Positions 10,023 to 21,345 of a stretch of 64,000 nucleotides of DNA are shown one piece after another. The stretch is taken from IMG/VR virus record IMGVR_UViG_3300026533_000002, positions 1 through 64,000 of that record; one strand, 5' to 3'. Numbering within the stretch: the stretch's first letter is position 1; the number at the start of each line of letters is the position of its first letter. A program made the translations under genes and the position numbers. A model generated the notes under the pieces. The model worked only from the letters and a program-made list of their open reading frames with translations. It did no database searches and had not been told where the DNA came from. This DNA comes from a virus.

Positions 10023-10035
10023 GTTATGCTATAAT
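10023..10035 (+). promoter_or_regulatory. extended -10 promoter GTTATGCTATAAT
   Basis: TGnTATAAT followed by AAAAGGA SD and ATG 10055. Confidence 0.6.
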
Positions 10036-10054
10036 AAAATAAAAGGATATAACA

Positions 10055-10858
10055 ATGGGTCAATTAACAGCAGCAGAGAAAAAACAACTGGAGAGGGATG
10101 GTTTCATCATTAAAAATGGAGAGTATATAGAAGGCTCAGCTTTTGTAGGTATGCCTATCAATGCTACAAATAAAGAAAATCTTCAACAAGTTCAATCTTT
10201 AAGTCCTCCCGCTCAGAAACTTTCTACATGGGAACAGGTTAAAGGTACGACCAATTCTAATGTAATGGATTCATGGGCAATTAGAAATGCTAAAATAGAA
10301 GACCCTTATGGCGCTGCTTATGGCTACATGGATAAAGATGTATCAGCTAAACCTGTAAGTAGTATATACCAAGGGTTCGATGGAGATGTTGGTGTTAAAT
10401 CACTAGTAAAAGGCTATGCTCCTAGCAATACTACTGACTCATTCTTAAGTACTGATGACAGTAACTGGGGTACTATAAAAGATAATTGGAATAATTCTGG
10501 AACTCTTAAGCAATTAGGTGACGGCTCAGTAGTTAAGCAAGGACTGGTATGGAACTCTAAAGCAGGGTTTGGTGATTACGATAATGTAGGGCAGTATAAC
10601 TCATTAAACAACTTAACAGGAGATAAAGCTTTATCTAATAAAGACTTTGCATTAGGTGTGCAAAATGAGAACCAATCCACAGCTAATACTATAGGCCTTG
10701 CACAAGCTGGGTTAGGGGCTGCCTCATTAGTAGGTAATATGTGGGTAGCTAATGAGAATAGAAAGATTAAAGAAGATGCTTTAGATTACCAGAAAGAACA
10801 AGATGCAGCTGCAACAGCTAAGACAGATAAGTTCCAACGTAGATTAGGTGGTCTATAA
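10055..10858 (+). CDS. ejection protein (N4 gp52-like position)
   Basis: Cys-free; C-terminal Gly/Ala-rich helix (IGLAQAGLGAASLVG) then charged coiled coil. Confidence 0.6.
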   Translation: MGQLTAAEKKQLERDGFIIKNGEYIEGSAFVGMPINATNKENLQQVQSLSPPAQKLSTWEQVKGTTNSNVMDSWAIRNAKIEDPYGAAYGYMDKDVSAKPVSSIYQGFDGDVGVKSLVKGYAPSNTTDSFLSTDDSNWGTIKDNWNNSGTLKQLGDGSVVKQGLVWNSKAGFGDYDNVGQYNSLNNLTGDKALSNKDFALGVQNENQSTANTIGLAQAGLGAASLVGNMWVANENRKIKEDALDYQKEQDAAATAKTDKFQRRLGGL

Positions 10859-13212
10859 TGGGTTACTATGAATCTAAGAGAAGAGGAGCACTAGTAAACC
10901 CTACTATAGAAATAGGTAATGTAAATGCTTCTACTAATGCTTTAATGGGCAACTTGAATAACTTTGTTAGTAATCAAAGACAACAAGATGCTGTTAATGT
11001 TCAACAAGCTCAGAGAGAAGAAGCTTTAGCTTTAGAAGCTGAGAAGTATAAAGCTGCTCAAACTAGGCTAGCTACTCAAGATGCTATGGCCGCAACTGCG
11101 TTCAATACTCAACAGTTAATTAGAAATAATCAACTAGCAGAGTATGGTAGAAAAGTAGACCAAAGAAATACATTAGCTGATCTTAATAAGAACTTTACTA
11201 CTGTTGGTATGAAGCAAGGTATGGGCCTAACTGAGGCAGATATAAATGCACAGTACAGTAAAGCTAACGATGCTTACGAGAAGGGGTTAGTTACTAAAGG
11301 ATTAGATAGAACTAATGAGCAAATAGCTGCAATGTCGCCTAAACAAAGAGATGCTTGGAGAGAGAGTACTAAAGGCTTATACACTGACCCATTCGACAAT
11401 GGTAAAGGTACTGGTCAAGCTGACTTTGAGAAGAAGTATTTAAAATCATTTAATACTGCTACAGATGCTACTTATACTCAAAGACATGATGCTATTATTA
11501 AAGCTTATACTGACAAAGGTATACCGCTAGACGTAGCCGAACAACAAGCTGCATTGAGATTGAAAGGTGCACAGACTGAAGCTCAGAAAGCAGAGTCATG
11601 GAATAAAGCAGCTGAGAAACAGTACGCTAGGGAAATGGAAGTATATAAAGTCGATCCTAAGTACCAGGCTAATATAATTAAGTATAATGAGTCTCTACAA
11701 GGTAATACAGCTAGTGGAAGTACTAAGTCAGGTAAAGATGCTTTATCTGATGTATTTAAAGCTAATGGAGTAAAAGCTAAAAACATAGCTGGTAGTTTAA
11801 ACATAATAGACGATTCTTTGATGGAAGTAAATAAAGCACTTCCTGACGGTGTAGATAAGTTTACTACAGATGATATTACTAAGTACGTAGCAGCCTCTAT
11901 AGAAGAAGGTGGATTTTTCTCTAGTACAGGTGTTAATAGTGAAGCTCTTAAGGCACTTATTATAAGTGGAGCTAAGACTGGAGACATTAAACATACTAAG
12001 AAAGGTACACCTATAGCTTTACCTGATATTAAAGAACCTAAGTATAAGACTTACACGGTACCTGAAGCTAGGACAGCTCAGGAGTTACTAGATATTTATA
12101 AAGAGCCTACAGTTAGCAAGGTCAATAACTTAGAGACTATAAGTGATACCATTAAGAACACAGAGAATGGTACAGTTGGTAAAAGTATCTCACCTAGTGA
12201 AAAAGTAACCCCATTGACGGGCGGACAGAAAATCGATATAATTAATACAAGTAATGAAGGCGTTATAGTAGATAAAGATGGGAAAGCAGTAACAAATACT
12301 GCAATTAAAAGTAAGTTGGAGAAAGTTAGAGAAGCTCTTGAGTATAAGAGCACTACTGGAGCTCCAAAAGCTATGTACAGTTTTATACCTAAAGAAGGTT
12401 CTAAAGGTAGTTTTGCAGAGGATGCAGGTATTGCAACTACTGACGGTTCAGGCTCTAAGAAGTTACTAAATTATCAGAATGCACTTAAGAAGCTGTCAGA
12501 GAAGGATAGAGTTAAGTACTTTGAATCATTGGAACCTAGGTATAGAGAACAAGCTTTTAAACTAGCAAATACACTTGAAAGAGGATTTATTACTGGTAAT
12601 GTTGGAAGCTGGGGTTATGATGTGTATGATTCTACTACAGGTACAATAGGTGACATTTGGAGAGGCGGTAAAGCAGCAGCAGGTTCAGTGTATGATTTCC
12701 TAGCTTATGATGCTATAAATAAAGACCCAGACAAAAGAGATATAAATACTAGAGTTCTAGACGCTGTAGGTAAGTCTGCATATGAAAAGGATACTAAACA
12801 GGATAAGTATAATGAATCATTAGATACCTTACGCAAAGTATTTAGAGGCGAAGTACCTGCTATTACAGTACCTAATAAATCTATAGATGAACTAGGTAAA
12901 ACAGGACCAATCACTGCTAGTAAAAATAAGTACATAAAACAGCTACTATCTACCAAAGTACTTACGCCTAAAAGTTACAGCAACTTAGTCAATGCTTTGG
13001 ATGGAGGTACTCCAGAACATAGTACTAGTACGTTATCTCCTGTAGAGCCTATTAGAACTAAATTTATGGATCAAGATGTTCTAGCAACTAAAGTTGTAGA
13101 TGATGTACTAAGTAGCTCAAAAGGTTTTGAAGATGCAATTAGACGCTTTATAGCTGTTGGAATATCAGCAGATGAGGCTAAAACTCTAGCTATGAATTAC
13201 TACAGACCATAA
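10858..13212 (+). CDS. ejection / internal virion protein (N4 gp51-like position)
   Basis: 784 aa, Cys-free, Gln/Ala-rich helical N-terminus, directly upstream of vRNAP. Confidence 0.6.
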   Translation: MGYYESKRRGALVNPTIEIGNVNASTNALMGNLNNFVSNQRQQDAVNVQQAQREEALALEAEKYKAAQTRLATQDAMAATAFNTQQLIRNNQLAEYGRKVDQRNTLADLNKNFTTVGMKQGMGLTEADINAQYSKANDAYEKGLVTKGLDRTNEQIAAMSPKQRDAWRESTKGLYTDPFDNGKGTGQADFEKKYLKSFNTATDATYTQRHDAIIKAYTDKGIPLDVAEQQAALRLKGAQTEAQKAESWNKAAEKQYAREMEVYKVDPKYQANIIKYNESLQGNTASGSTKSGKDALSDVFKANGVKAKNIAGSLNIIDDSLMEVNKALPDGVDKFTTDDITKYVAASIEEGGFFSSTGVNSEALKALIISGAKTGDIKHTKKGTPIALPDIKEPKYKTYTVPEARTAQELLDIYKEPTVSKVNNLETISDTIKNTENGTVGKSISPSEKVTPLTGGQKIDIINTSNEGVIVDKDGKAVTNTAIKSKLEKVREALEYKSTTGAPKAMYSFIPKEGSKGSFAEDAGIATTDGSGSKKLLNYQNALKKLSEKDRVKYFESLEPRYREQAFKLANTLERGFITGNVGSWGYDVYDSTTGTIGDIWRGGKAAAGSVYDFLAYDAINKDPDKRDINTRVLDAVGKSAYEKDTKQDKYNESLDTLRKVFRGEVPAITVPNKSIDELGKTGPITASKNKYIKQLLSTKVLTPKSYSNLVNALDGGTPEHSTSTLSPVEPIRTKFMDQDVLATKVVDDVLSSSKGFEDAIRRFIAVGISADEAKTLAMNYYRP

Positions 13213-13224
13213 CTATGCTATAAT
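13212..13224 (+). promoter_or_regulatory. extended -10 promoter ACTATGCTATAAT
   Basis: TGnTATAAT about 30 nt upstream of the vRNAP ATG, with AAGGA SD. Confidence 0.6.
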
Positions 13225-13254
13225 TATCCTTATATAACTTAAGGATAATTACTC

Positions 13255-16200
13255 ATGAACGTAGACTTCACTCAATATAATAAAGACTTACAAGCTAGCT
13301 TAGTAACGCCTACTCTAACTCAGAATAAAGCTAATAGGTTAGCAGAAAGAACTGCAAGTAAAGCTCGTAGGTTGAGTGTTTCTGATGTGAATACATTATC
13401 ACCTATGGAGCTACAAGAACAAGCTTCAAACCTGATGTTACAACAACTATATAGAGATGATAAAGGTTTATACAGATATGACTTTGACACTTTAGATAGT
13501 GAAGGTAACTGGGCTAATCCTAACAAAAAGATCCGCTTTAACGAGGTTAACCAGTATGGTCAGCCTAATATAGAAAACTACTACATAGACAATAATACTA
13601 ATAATACTGAAATGAAAGCTGGTATAGCTAGATCAGATGTTAATCCAAACTTTATTAACCCTACCACAGGTGTACCAATTACTCCTTTCGAAGCTAGATA
13701 TATGGATAAGAAAGATAAACCTTCACCATACTTAGGAGGAGGAAGTAAATATGATGGTACTCCTGGAAGTTTAGGAGTTACTCCTGGTGACGGTGCTTTA
13801 CTAGATATTACATTACCATACAATACTGCATCTACCTTAGAACAAATAAGATTACAAAATAAAGGTGAGTTAGAGAATAGAAGCTCTGGAATCACTAAAC
13901 AAGACTACTATGCTGCTAAGAAACTAAGAGGTCCTGGAGCTAGTGAGTATAGCCCATCTATAACTAATGAAGAACTAGGCATACAAGCATCTCCTATGTG
14001 GAATGTGGGCTACAAAGGTAAAGATGAAGAACTGCCTAAAGACACTTACATGCCTATGGAAGGTAAGTTTACTACTGAAACAGGCTCATCTAGTAGAGGA
14101 CTTACTGATAAAGAGTATGAGAAACTAAAAGAAGAGTTGAAAGAACCTAACGGTAGAGTAGAGAACTGGGTAGATGCATTACAATTTAGCTTCGGACGTA
14201 TGGGCGCAGAAGTTGGTGATGCAATAATAGATGCAGGTGTTAGAATAGGTAAGGAAGGTGCTAAAGCCTTAACTGACCTAACAGAAGATGATATTAATAC
14301 TGCACTAACTAAAGGTACTCTAGGTAAGACTAAGCTGTTTGATAAGAATATGAACTTTACTTATTTTGATAAGTATAAGACTGGTAAAGAGTATGGCTAT
14401 GACAATACTAGAGTAATAGAAGTTCAAGAAGATGTGTCCGCAGCTTGGAAGTCTGGTGACCCTATACAGATAGCAGGTGCAGTTTTATCTGCTATACCTA
14501 AAGCAGGGCCAGAGTTTGCATTAGAAAGTTTTGCAGAGATGGCTGGAGGTGTTGGAACTTTACCTAGTAAAGCTGGGTTAACTGCATTCTCGTTACTAGC
14601 TGCTAAATATGATAATGAAATGTTAGAAGATAGAGAAAAAATAACAGGTAGACCAGCTACTAATGCTGAAAGACTTGGTACTGGTATAGCAGCTATTGCT
14701 GTGGCAGGGCTTAATAGATTAGGAGCTGGAGAAGCTATAGGAGATACTAATGTAGTTAATACATTACTATCAACTGTTATTAAAGACGGTACTGAAGGAG
14801 CTGTTAAAAGTGCACTTAAGTCAGCAGTTAAGGTACTAGCTGTTACAGGTGGTAAAGGAACTTATGAAGGGTTAGAGGAAGTTGTCCAAGACTATACTCA
14901 ACAAATAGGTACTAAGTATGGAACTAAAAAAGAGAAAGACTTAACTAACTATAATAAAGTAGGTGAAGCATCTCTACAATCATTTACTGGTGGTATGGCT
15001 GCTGGTTCTACTATTTCAGCTGCTGGACAAGGATACTCAACTATAGCTGATGGTAAGAAACCTACTACACCTACTACTGGGGATACAGAAGTACAAGAAG
15101 TACCTGAACCTGAAGTAGCTAGGCAAGAACCTCCTAAGGTTAAGAGAACTGCTAAAGAATCGACAGAAGCGTTCGGTGCTGCGTATGCAGAGAAACTTAA
15201 AGGCTCAGCTCCTAAAATGGAGATACTACAATTAACTCAGAACCATTTAGACGAAGTTAGAGGTATGGAGGATAGTCCAGATAAAGTTCACTTCGAAAGT
15301 TTACTTAAAGGTGTAGTAGAACAAACTAAGTCTGATATTATAAAAGAACTAGATTCAGATAAGAGTAGTGATACTATAAATACTATCAACAAATCTTTCG
15401 GCTCAGACCCTGTAATGGAAGATACTATATTTAATGCTGAAGAAGCAGGAGATACTAAACTAGCTGATAAGATAATAGAAGCTAGTGATAAGCTAGGTAC
15501 TAAGGAAGCTAAGGAAGTTAAAGCTAAAGTAGAGTCTATTAAAGAAGAAGTAAAAATACTTAAGTCTATTAAGCAAGTAGAAGATGAAGTTACTAAAGGA
15601 AGTAAAGGTTATGGCACTTACTTCAAAGATGCTAAGAAAGGTATATACGACTTAATTACTGCTAATAAGAATAATGATGAGGAAGGGCAAGATAAAGCAT
15701 TTAAAACTGTTACTGATAACTTAAAGCGGTTAGATAGCTTTAAAAAGTCACAAACAGCTAAGTTAAGTAAGTTACAGGAAGCTGAGGCTGAAGGTATCCA
15801 GAAAATGGCTGATGAGGTAAGTATACCTTTAACTAGCAATAACTATAAAGAGATAGCATTAGCTCACATTAAAAAGTATTACCACGGTAAACTACCTTAT
15901 ACTAAGATACCTGTTAAGTATAGTAAGTACAGCGATCCATTTGATATGGATATTGGACATATAGCTTCTCATTATGCAAAAGGTAGTAATATTGGTCTGT
16001 ATAAAACTATGGGTGAAATAGAGAATTCTATCAATAGTATGGACAAATTAACAGGCAATATCAATGATAGAATAGCAGCTTTGAATGAAGCTCCTACAGA
16101 TACAAATAAGGTACCTACAAGCGACGAAGTAGTTTCAAAGGGTACATTACCTATACAAGAGGATTCTAAGCCTACAGGAGCTCCTACAGTCTCTGATGAA

Positions 16201-19200
16201 GTTATTACTGAAGATAGTGTAGATACTAAAGATACTACTGTTACTGGTAAAGTTAAAGGAGAATCAGTAGCTGCTAAAGCTATTAAAGAATCTAAAGTCC
16301 CTAACAATACTATAGTAGATAAGTTAAAACAAGTTGATCCTGAGTATAGTGAGTACACTCAAGAAGATGTAGATAATGGAACTATCACTGAAGAAGAACT
16401 TACTAGTCTACAAGAAGAGAAAGATGACGTACCTAACACATTAATAAGTTTAGTTGAAAGAAATAAGCTACCTATTAGAGTAGTAAGAGATACTATTAAA
16501 GAGCTAGAAGAAGATATCGGTGCCATACAAACACCAGATAAACCTAACTTAATTAATAAGTTACTTGAAACTTCTACAGTAAGTGAAAAAGAGTTAGCTA
16601 AAGCTTTAGAAAATGAGACTCCAGCAGCAGTAGATTACTCTGAAGAAGATGTTGCTGATGGGACAATAACAGAAGCTGACTTGAAGAGTCTGCACGGTGA
16701 AGATGGGGAGTTTGATGGTACACTAGTAAGACTAATTGATAATGGATTATTACCTGTAAAACTTGTTAAGCATACAATAAACATGTTAGAAAAAGAGAGT
16801 GCCTCTGACAATAAAGATAAGGCACCTACAAGCCCTAAAGGCAAAGTAGAGGATAAAGTACCAGCAACTCCTACTAAAACTCCTTCAGAGCAAAGTATAG
16901 CCCAGCTTACTAGTGATGAGCCAGAGATACCAACAGTACCAGACTATGTAACAGATGATGAGGTGATAGTTGATTATGGTGGGCACAGCATAGATGAAGA
17001 GATAGATTATACTGATACTACTGTATACGAAGAGGAAGCTACTACTATTAGAGATATGTTTAAAGATGTATCTACTGAAGGTAAGTCTAAAGCTGAAGCA
17101 TTCTTAATCAAATCTATACAAAATGATACTACTGGTAAAGTTACTGAAGCAGTAATAGCTGACATAGATGAGTTACAAGGTAGAATAGAATCTATTAACG
17201 ATGTCATAGCTAATTCTGAGGGTGGTTTAAGTAAAGACTTCGATAGAACAGCAGCCTTAAAGAATACTAGAAATAAGTTATCTAAAATAATAGAAGATGT
17301 TAATGCTAAGATTACTGATGCTAAAGAGCGTAAAGCACACGAAGCTACTCTAACAAAGAATATAGTTAACTTAGCTAAAGCTCAAGCTAAAATAGCTAAC
17401 GAGATTAAATCCCTTAAATTAGGTAAAGCAGGTCCATTGAAAGGAGCTAAAGCCTTAACTACTAAGATCAATGCTATGTATGATAAGACGAAGCCTAAAA
17501 TAAAAACTACTAAGCAGGCTAGTAAAGCTAAAGCTACTTTTAAAGAGCAACAAGCTGAGTCAGAAGATTCTATTAGAGGTACTAAAGCTATTAAAGAAAT
17601 ATTAAGTGATAGTATTAATAAAGGTAGGACTGCTAAGGCTGGGGAAGGTATAGGTAAGACATTAAGACAATCACTAGCTAAGGTTAAACAAGACTTAGTA
17701 GCTTCATTACCAGCTAATATCTATGAACCTGTAAAGAATAGTACTAGTAGAATATCAGCATCTAATATGAAAGTAGATGCTATTAGTGATACGTCAGCTG
17801 CTATAGCTTATGACGTAATGGATACATTAAAGACAGTATTAGCACCAGCTAACTCTATGGAAGAAGTTGAATTTACAGATAAGCAAGGCAATGTTAAGAA
17901 GTCTAAAGCTACTAATAGAGAATATGAACATTGGAGCAACTCTCCAGGTAGATCTCTATTATTTGATAGCAATGGAGATATACAGCCTAATGTTGCATTA
18001 GCTATTGGAGCATCTGTGTTTGAGTTAATAGGTTTAGGTAGTAGTGAGATTGGTATTAATGATAGTAACTCTATATCAAGAGCATTAACTATACAAGAAC
18101 ATGAAGTAACTCCAGCTATGAGAACATTACTAAAAGAAGGAAGCTTTAGAAAGTTAGTAGCTTTCAAACTAGGTAAGTCTATTGAGACATCTCTAGGTAT
18201 TAGAGTTAGAGATGATGCTTCTACTGTTGAATCTCAGAGATTTACTACAGACTTAGGTAATATGGCTTTACTATATGCTCAAGAAAGAGGTTATATAAAG
18301 CCTATGACTAAAGAGAATTCTATTAAAGTAGAAGAATATAATCAAATAGTAGGCAGTAGCTCAGATGTAGCTGAAGGATCTATTATACCTATGGTTACAC
18401 TTAGTCATCTTGACAATGCTAGAGAGAAAGCCAAGATGGTAGCTAACTCTAAAGCTGTGTTTGAAGACTTAGAAAAGGTACTTAAGATAGAGAGAACTGT
18501 TAAAGGTGTGTTATTCAAGAAACCTAAAGTAACTACTAAATCTAAGATGAGAAAGAACGAAGCTACTGTTGAGCCTGAAGAATCTAAAGATGTTATATCT
18601 AATGTACTAGAGCCAACTGAGTACGGTGTACATATGGAAGCTGTAAATAGATTAAAGAAGTTCACTAGAGAACAAGCATTAAAAGTAATGGGTTTTAAGA
18701 CTGCTTTAGAGATGAATGGTCAAGAGGCTTCTGAAGGTAAGAAGTATATACCTGGAATGGCTAAGGATGATAGAGAAGGACAAGTAGCTAAGAATGCTGC
18801 ACTGGTGGCTGAATATGATGATTTAATGGAACTTCATAATACTGTAGATACTAAGAAAGAAAACAATAAGATGTGGTTTGAATGGTTCTTTACTAAGAAT
18901 GGTAGATTTATATTAGACAGTATAGGTATTAATCCTCAGACTAATAAGAACTTACATAGATGGCTAGTAAGCCCTTTAAAACAACATAACAATCTTATTA
19001 TGATGAATAGTAAGAAAGATGTTACAGTATTTAAGTTAGCAGTAAATCAATCATTTGGCGTGTCTATAGATAAGTTATCTGAAGAGACTAATATGAAAGT
19101 AGCTGACCATATATTAGCTATGGATGCGGATGAGCTAGAGACTCTTATTAGTGAAAAAGCTAAAATAGATACTGGACTTAAAGAGTCTAACGGTAAAGCT

Positions 19201-21345
19201 ATAAAGTTAGAAGCAGAGCATTTAGGACATGCTATACAAGGTTTACTAGCTGTAGAAGCTTATAATAATAGAACTAAAGTAAATGGTGTAGAACAGTTTG
19301 AAACTGGTATAGCTGTAGAGTTTGATGCTGTTACTAGTGGTTTTATACTTAAGCTTATGCAAATGCCTATAATTAAAGATACAGAGATTTCACTAACAGA
19401 CTGGTTAGCTAAGGGTGCTATATTTATAAAAGATGCTTTTAGCTTTGGTAATAAGGAATCTATGGGTTCTAAAATTGAGAATAAAGTAATAACAGATACA
19501 TATGTAACATCTGCAAGAACACTGGAGAATAGGGATAAGTTTGAATCAGTAGAAATGGTTAAAGGAAAGCCTAAAGTAGAGGACTCATACGGACTATATG
19601 ACATTACTAATAGACTAAGCCCAGAAGTAACTAAAGACGGTGTAGTACAGTCATTTGGAAGGTTATTGTTAAAATACCCTACTATGATGTTCAATTACGG
19701 GTCAGCATTAGCTACTATTAAAAAATATGTTAGTGTTGAGCTTACTCAAGATATACCAAATATAGCTATTGATAGAGTTGAAGGTAAAGAGTTCAGAGAT
19801 AAGCTATTAGAAGTACAGAACATACCTAACACAGAAGAAGCACACAATAAACTAATTAAAGAGTTTAAAAATACTAGTTTCACGTACATAACATTAAATA
19901 TTAATGGTAAAAAAGTTAAACTACAAGAACATTTAGAAAGTCTAATGGTAGACCAGTATGGTACACAAGTAGCTGATGTATTTGAGTTAAACTTTGGAGA
20001 TATGATTAGAGCTAATGAGAAAACTAGAAATGCTTTTAGAGCTATGACTAGATTATTTATCATGGACTATGATAGACAATTAAGTTACATTAACAAGCCT
20101 ACTAAAGGTGACGAGGCTGATGTACTTAAAAGCCTTATGAACAAGTATCCTGCTCTAAGAGCTCCTTTAAGTAACACAGAAGGCTTTGATGACTATATCT
20201 CTATTATGAGTAAAGGTAAGGCTACAGCTGCTAATGCTTCTGTATCTACAGCTTTGAATACTAATATAGAGCAGAAGAGTGGGACTACTAGTATTACTAC
20301 TAAAGCATTACTTACAAGATTTGAAGAAGCTATTAGTTCTGGTGTAGTTCTACCTATTCACTATATCGATGGGACTATAATGGCTCTAACACTGAAGCTA
20401 GGAGAGCTAGGAGTTCATGATGCTATTGTACTAGGAATTCTAGGTGCTATGGATACTGTTAAAAGATACAATAAGAATGTATATGAAGTATCTAAGAATT
20501 ATTCAGTTGTTGAAGAAACACTCAAGTCACTAGAAAGAGCTATAGAAGCTAGTTCAGAAGCTGATATACTAGATGTAGATATTAACAATGCTGAAGAGAC
20601 TGGCGGTAGAGTACTTAAAGATAGTAAAGGTAATGCACTTACAATAGGCGAGATACAGGCTGAGTTTAATAAATTAGCAGATGAAGTAAGAGCTGAGAGA
20701 GAAGAGTTATTTAGTAAAGATATGAGAATAGATCATATGATTGCTACTAAAGACTCAGCTTATGAAGTTATAGGCTCTAAGACTAGGAAAGCTAAAGCAG
20801 AGCCTGAAGCTAAAGCTAGTGATATTAAAGAAGCATTAGTTAAGACATTTGCAGATAGAGGTATAGAAGCTAATGTTAGAAATGTAAGTGAATTACTATT
20901 TAAGGAGATAACTAAAGTAGTTATATCTGGTAAAGAGAAGACTACTATAGAAGATAACTTAGAAGCTATTAAAGGTGTTATGAGTAAGACTCAACTTAAA
21001 GCATACAACATAGCTGAAGCAGATGGAGCAGGTATAGCTTATATAGCTTCACAGTTTGCTACTGTAGTTAAGTTTAGAAAAGAAGTAGGTAAGATAACTG
21101 AAGAAGACACACCAGCTAACTTTGCTAGTAGATTTCTTAGTACAGCTAAGAAGATAGTTAAGTTTATTAAAGGTGATGATACTGAGTTAAGTAGAGCATT
21201 ACTTAATGTTATTGGTAGAGGTATAAGAAATAAAGATGTTAAAAGTCATAGAGTATTAATAGGCAAAGTGTTAGGTGATAAGTATAGTGATACACATTTA
21301 GCTATAATTAAAGCACTAAATGAGTTTGATAAGGAATGTAACTAA
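13255..21345 (+). CDS. virion-encapsidated RNA polymerase (N4 gp50-like; N-terminal and polymerase domains)
   Basis: T7-like RNAP motifs of N4 type: TKNGR…NPQTNKNLHR, motif A EFDAVTSG, motif B RLLLKYPTMMFNYGS, IHYIDG, motif C VHDA; 2696 aa; the only Cys is the penultimate residue. Confidence 0.92.
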   Translation: MNVDFTQYNKDLQASLVTPTLTQNKANRLAERTASKARRLSVSDVNTLSPMELQEQASNLMLQQLYRDDKGLYRYDFDTLDSEGNWANPNKKIRFNEVNQYGQPNIENYYIDNNTNNTEMKAGIARSDVNPNFINPTTGVPITPFEARYMDKKDKPSPYLGGGSKYDGTPGSLGVTPGDGALLDITLPYNTASTLEQIRLQNKGELENRSSGITKQDYYAAKKLRGPGASEYSPSITNEELGIQASPMWNVGYKGKDEELPKDTYMPMEGKFTTETGSSSRGLTDKEYEKLKEELKEPNGRVENWVDALQFSFGRMGAEVGDAIIDAGVRIGKEGAKALTDLTEDDINTALTKGTLGKTKLFDKNMNFTYFDKYKTGKEYGYDNTRVIEVQEDVSAAWKSGDPIQIAGAVLSAIPKAGPEFALESFAEMAGGVGTLPSKAGLTAFSLLAAKYDNEMLEDREKITGRPATNAERLGTGIAAIAVAGLNRLGAGEAIGDTNVVNTLLSTVIKDGTEGAVKSALKSAVKVLAVTGGKGTYEGLEEVVQDYTQQIGTKYGTKKEKDLTNYNKVGEASLQSFTGGMAAGSTISAAGQGYSTIADGKKPTTPTTGDTEVQEVPEPEVARQEPPKVKRTAKESTEAFGAAYAEKLKGSAPKMEILQLTQNHLDEVRGMEDSPDKVHFESLLKGVVEQTKSDIIKELDSDKSSDTINTINKSFGSDPVMEDTIFNAEEAGDTKLADKIIEASDKLGTKEAKEVKAKVESIKEEVKILKSIKQVEDEVTKGSKGYGTYFKDAKKGIYDLITANKNNDEEGQDKAFKTVTDNLKRLDSFKKSQTAKLSKLQEAEAEGIQKMADEVSIPLTSNNYKEIALAHIKKYYHGKLPYTKIPVKYSKYSDPFDMDIGHIASHYAKGSNIGLYKTMGEIENSINSMDKLTGNINDRIAALNEAPTDTNKVPTSDEVVSKGTLPIQEDSKPTGAPTVSDEVITEDSVDTKDTTVTGKVKGESVAAKAIKESKVPNNTIVDKLKQVDPEYSEYTQEDVDNGTITEEELTSLQEEKDDVPNTLISLVERNKLPIRVVRDTIKELEEDIGAIQTPDKPNLINKLLETSTVSEKELAKALENETPAAVDYSEEDVADGTITEADLKSLHGEDGEFDGTLVRLIDNGLLPVKLVKHTINMLEKESASDNKDKAPTSPKGKVEDKVPATPTKTPSEQSIAQLTSDEPEIPTVPDYVTDDEVIVDYGGHSIDEEIDYTDTTVYEEEATTIRDMFKDVSTEGKSKAEAFLIKSIQNDTTGKVTEAVIADIDELQGRIESINDVIANSEGGLSKDFDRTAALKNTRNKLSKIIEDVNAKITDAKERKAHEATLTKNIVNLAKAQAKIANEIKSLKLGKAGPLKGAKALTTKINAMYDKTKPKIKTTKQASKAKATFKEQQAESEDSIRGTKAIKEILSDSINKGRTAKAGEGIGKTLRQSLAKVKQDLVASLPANIYEPVKNSTSRISASNMKVDAISDTSAAIAYDVMDTLKTVLAPANSMEEVEFTDKQGNVKKSKATNREYEHWSNSPGRSLLFDSNGDIQPNVALAIGASVFELIGLGSSEIGINDSNSISRALTIQEHEVTPAMRTLLKEGSFRKLVAFKLGKSIETSLGIRVRDDASTVESQRFTTDLGNMALLYAQERGYIKPMTKENSIKVEEYNQIVGSSSDVAEGSIIPMVTLSHLDNAREKAKMVANSKAVFEDLEKVLKIERTVKGVLFKKPKVTTKSKMRKNEATVEPEESKDVISNVLEPTEYGVHMEAVNRLKKFTREQALKVMGFKTALEMNGQEASEGKKYIPGMAKDDREGQVAKNAALVAEYDDLMELHNTVDTKKENNKMWFEWFFTKNGRFILDSIGINPQTNKNLHRWLVSPLKQHNNLIMMNSKKDVTVFKLAVNQSFGVSIDKLSEETNMKVADHILAMDADELETLISEKAKIDTGLKESNGKAIKLEAEHLGHAIQGLLAVEAYNNRTKVNGVEQFETGIAVEFDAVTSGFILKLMQMPIIKDTEISLTDWLAKGAIFIKDAFSFGNKESMGSKIENKVITDTYVTSARTLENRDKFESVEMVKGKPKVEDSYGLYDITNRLSPEVTKDGVVQSFGRLLLKYPTMMFNYGSALATIKKYVSVELTQDIPNIAIDRVEGKEFRDKLLEVQNIPNTEEAHNKLIKEFKNTSFTYITLNINGKKVKLQEHLESLMVDQYGTQVADVFELNFGDMIRANEKTRNAFRAMTRLFIMDYDRQLSYINKPTKGDEADVLKSLMNKYPALRAPLSNTEGFDDYISIMSKGKATAANASVSTALNTNIEQKSGTTSITTKALLTRFEEAISSGVVLPIHYIDGTIMALTLKLGELGVHDAIVLGILGAMDTVKRYNKNVYEVSKNYSVVEETLKSLERAIEASSEADILDVDINNAEETGGRVLKDSKGNALTIGEIQAEFNKLADEVRAEREELFSKDMRIDHMIATKDSAYEVIGSKTRKAKAEPEAKASDIKEALVKTFADRGIEANVRNVSELLFKEITKVVISGKEKTTIEDNLEAIKGVMSKTQLKAYNIAEADGAGIAYIASQFATVVKFRKEVGKITEEDTPANFASRFLSTAKKIVKFIKGDDTELSRALLNVIGRGIRNKDVKSHRVLIGKVLGDKYSDTHLAIIKALNEFDKECN

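Noticed and set aside
9998-10025. tRNA-like GTATAGCTCACTCTGGTA (D-arm-like)
   Set aside because: No anticodon arm, T-arm or acceptor stem; runs directly into a promoter. No tRNA gene found in the window.
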